Below are positions 30,026 to 32,000 of a DNA stretch of 32,000 nucleotides, piece after piece. The position numbers were made by a program, and so were the translations under genes. Position 1 is the first letter of the stretch, and each line of letters starts with the position of its first letter. The notes beneath the pieces are model-generated. The model was not told the DNA's origin. It worked only from the letters and a program-made list of their open reading frames with translations, and did no database searches. This DNA comes from Tannockella kyphosi (GTDB lineage Bacteria > Bacillota_I > Bacilli_A > Erysipelotrichales > Coprobacillaceae): contig NZ_CP088239.1 in NCBI RefSeq assembly GCF_021054785.1, forward strand, positions 1,680,001 to 1,712,000, given 5' to 3'.

Positions 30026-30053
30026 ATTGTAACACATCCTTTCTTCATTGCAA
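30026..30053 (-). promoter_or_regulatory. Promoter of the riboswitch-controlled operon
   Basis: On the minus strand: TTGCAA (30048-30053), 16-nt spacer, TACAAT (30026-30031). It is preceded by the terminator hairpin of the upstream operon (~30055-30078). Confidence 0.55.
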
Positions 30054-30096
30054 CAAAAAAAGAGGTTTACACCCCTTTCAGTTATAGCACTACTAT

Positions 30097-31080
30097 TTAT
30101 TTTTTATCTTGTGGAAATACTACACCTGCTTGTTCTCTACATTCTGTGAGGACACTGTGGATTGCTAGCGAAGTTTCATGAGAACATAATGTGTTTTCTA
30201 TCACTCCTTGTTCTACACAATCTATCATTGTTTTAATTTCATAATAGAACATATCTTTTTCACCCACATTTACCACTTCTTTTTCGCTAGTTTTACGATT
30301 TATAATAGTGAAATCTCTCATCATACTTGGTGTATTTATGAAAATAGATCCATCTTCCCCATTTATTTCACAACTATTTGTCGTATCACTCGCTTTAGAA
30401 TACATTAGTGTTGCTATAAAATCATCATATATTAAAATACTTGATCCAGATATATCTGCTTTCGTATCAAGCAAACTACATGCACTAAGAACTTTATTTG
30501 GCTTTCCAAATAATCCAACACAATCAGCCATAATATAAACTCCTAAATCCATTATTGCTCCATTACTCAATTTTGCTTGGAACGTTGTTGGATTTTCATT
30601 TCTTAAATATGCATCATATCTTGATGAATATTTACTGAAATTAAAAACTACTTGATGAATTCTTCCTATTGCTTTGATGCTTTCTTTTAATTTTATAAAA
30701 TTAGGATTATAAAGTGGAATTAACCCTTCTTGAATGTATACGTTATTTTCTTTTGCAAGATTCATTATTGATACCACTTCATCATAATTAGATGCCATTG
30801 GTTTTTCTAAGAAAACAGGTATCTTTCTTTCTAAAAAATAACAAGCTACTTCTTTATGCAATGCATTAGGAACTGCTATGTATACCGCTTCAATCACGTT
30901 TGCTTCATACATATCTTGATAACTTTTAAAACAATATTCAATTTTATGTTTTTCCCCAAATTCTTTTGCCAAATCAAGTGTTAAACTTGATACTGCAACT
31001 ACTTCACATCGACTCTCTTGTTTCGCTCCATCCATAAAGAAGTCAGAAACAAAGTTAGTACCTACTATTCCAAATTTCAT
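30097..31080 (-). CDS. Gfo/Idh/MocA family oxidoreductase
   Basis: MKFGIVGTNFVSDFF Rossmann N-terminus and an EKP motif (FLEKPM). The start is placed at ATG 31080 (GGAGG 7 nt upstream) rather than 31095. Confidence 0.85.
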   Translation of the reverse strand: MKFGIVGTNFVSDFFMDGAKQESRCEVVAVSSLTLDLAKEFGEKHKIEYCFKSYQDMYEANVIEAVYIAVPNALHKEVACYFLERKIPVFLEKPMASNYDEVVSIMNLAKENNVYIQEGLIPLYNPNFIKLKESIKAIGRIHQVVFNFSKYSSRYDAYLRNENPTTFQAKLSNGAIMDLGVYIMADCVGLFGKPNKVLSACSLLDTKADISGSSILIYDDFIATLMYSKASDTTNSCEINGEDGSIFINTPSMMRDFTIINRKTSEKEVVNVGEKDMFYYEIKTMIDCVEQGVIENTLCSHETSLAIHSVLTECREQAGVVFPQDKK

Positions 31081-31082
31081 TA

Positions 31083-32000
31083 TTATTCCTCCCAATCAAT
31101 AATAACACCTAAGTAATTATCTTTATCATACATAAGTCCACGATAAGCATCCATTGCTTCTTCTGGTTTTATTGTATGTGTTACAAATTGATTTACATCT
31201 ATTATTTTTTCATTTAATAACTTTTCTAAATATTTAAATGTACTTTGCATTGAATGTTTTGATCCTACTTCTTCACTAAATGGATATCTTCTATTAAAGC
31301 CTCCTACTACATTTAACATTTTCATATGAATAGCGTTTAACATTGGTGTTACATTACAATGATAATCTTCTCTAGGAGATCCTAATAATACAACATTTCC
31401 ATATCTTGCGGCAGCTTGGAAACATACTTCAATGCATCTAGACATCCCAGAAGCATCTACTACTACATCAAATCCATGTCCCTCTGTTTTATCTAGAATC
31501 ATTTCCATTTGTTGTTCTGGTGCTACATCTATTATATTTTCAATACCTAACTTCTCTGCTTTTTGACATCTATTCTTTGCAACATCAATTGCATATACTT
31601 CACAACCCATTTGTTTATATAATAATGTAAGAATTAAACCTAGATTACCTAATCCAAAAATACCTACTTTATCTGTTATTTTTACATCAATTGGTAAAAT
31701 ACCATTCATTGCTATCCATATCATCATTAAGAAACAACCTTCTTCATCCGTAGTCTTTTCATTTAGTTTATATAAAACACCACCATCACTTCTTAACTGA
31801 TTAAAATGATGCATCGATGCATGAGGAGCACTATATAAATATCGAGCCTGAAGTTCAACATCTTTCACATCTTTACCTAACTCTAAAACAGTACCTACAG
31901 AACAATATCCTGGACTAACAGGATAAGTAGCTCCTTTTTTTAAAGCATATACTCTTGATAATTCAGTACCTGGACTTATTAATGATTTATGACATTTCAT
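31083..32000 (-). CDS. Medium-chain (zinc-type) alcohol/polyol dehydrogenase family protein, partial (5' end probably beyond the window)
   Basis: SPGTELS.. region and the Rossmann motif VGIFGLGNLGLIL are typical of MDR dehydrogenases. The ATG at the window edge may be internal. Confidence 0.75.
   Translation of the reverse strand: MKCHKSLISPGTELSRVYALKKGATYPVSPGYCSVGTVLELGKDVKDVELQARYLYSAPHASMHHFNQLRSDGGVLYKLNEKTTDEEGCFLMMIWIAMNGILPIDVKITDKVGIFGLGNLGLILTLLYKQMGCEVYAIDVAKNRCQKAEKLGIENIIDVAPEQQMEMILDKTEGHGFDVVVDASGMSRCIEVCFQAAARYGNVVLLGSPREDYHCNVTPMLNAIHMKMLNVVGGFNRRYPFSEEVGSKHSMQSTFKYLEKLLNEKIIDVNQFVTHTIKPEEAMDAYRGLMYDKDNYLGVIIDWEE

Noticed and set aside
30208-30538. ORFs 30208..30408(+) and 30308..30538(+), antisense to the Gfo/Idh/MocA gene.
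   Set aside because: These are antisense shadow ORFs with no SD.

Overview
AT-rich, Bacillota-type chromosomal segment. No rRNA, tRNA or CRISPR array was seen.

Core genes:
- Partial aroD plus an AEC permease, then a Gfo/Idh/MocA oxidoreductase followed by two tandem paralogous PHP-family (HisJ-like) phosphatases (1-4387).
- A complete 10-gene V/A-type ATPase operon on the minus strand (14990-24782), which carries two I(a)-subunit paralogues, one of them C-terminally truncated.
- An aminopeptidase P and a DegV protein.
- A cobalamin-riboswitch-controlled three-gene operon (27676-30019): an alpha/alpha-toroid protein, a DUF4430 (transcobalamin-beta-like) protein and an ECF-S-like membrane protein.
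- Two dehydrogenase genes at the right edge.

Between the PHP genes and the V-ATPase operon lies a ~10.5 kb accessory patchwork (4388-14945):
- An IS1634/IS4-like element whose transposase has a single in-frame TAA.
- A GLUG-repeat surface protein.
- An amber-interrupted AAA+/DUF4143 ATPase.
- An IS200/IS605 element (tnpA plus a 498-aa tnpB without zinc-finger cysteines) that splits a MqsA-like Zn-ribbon/HTH gene.

The most interesting signal is in this patchwork: four copies of a small convergent module with type I toxin-antitoxin (par/Fst-like) architecture. One copy is intact, two are decayed, and one is an intact diverged paralogue. Each intact module has:
- a 17-18 aa hydrophobic peptide ORF;
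- a preceding 13-codon uORF whose TAG overlaps the peptide's SD;
- a bidirectional terminator flanked by direct repeats;
- a convergent promoter for a ~50-60 nt antisense RNA.

All functional statements about this module are inference from sequence architecture.
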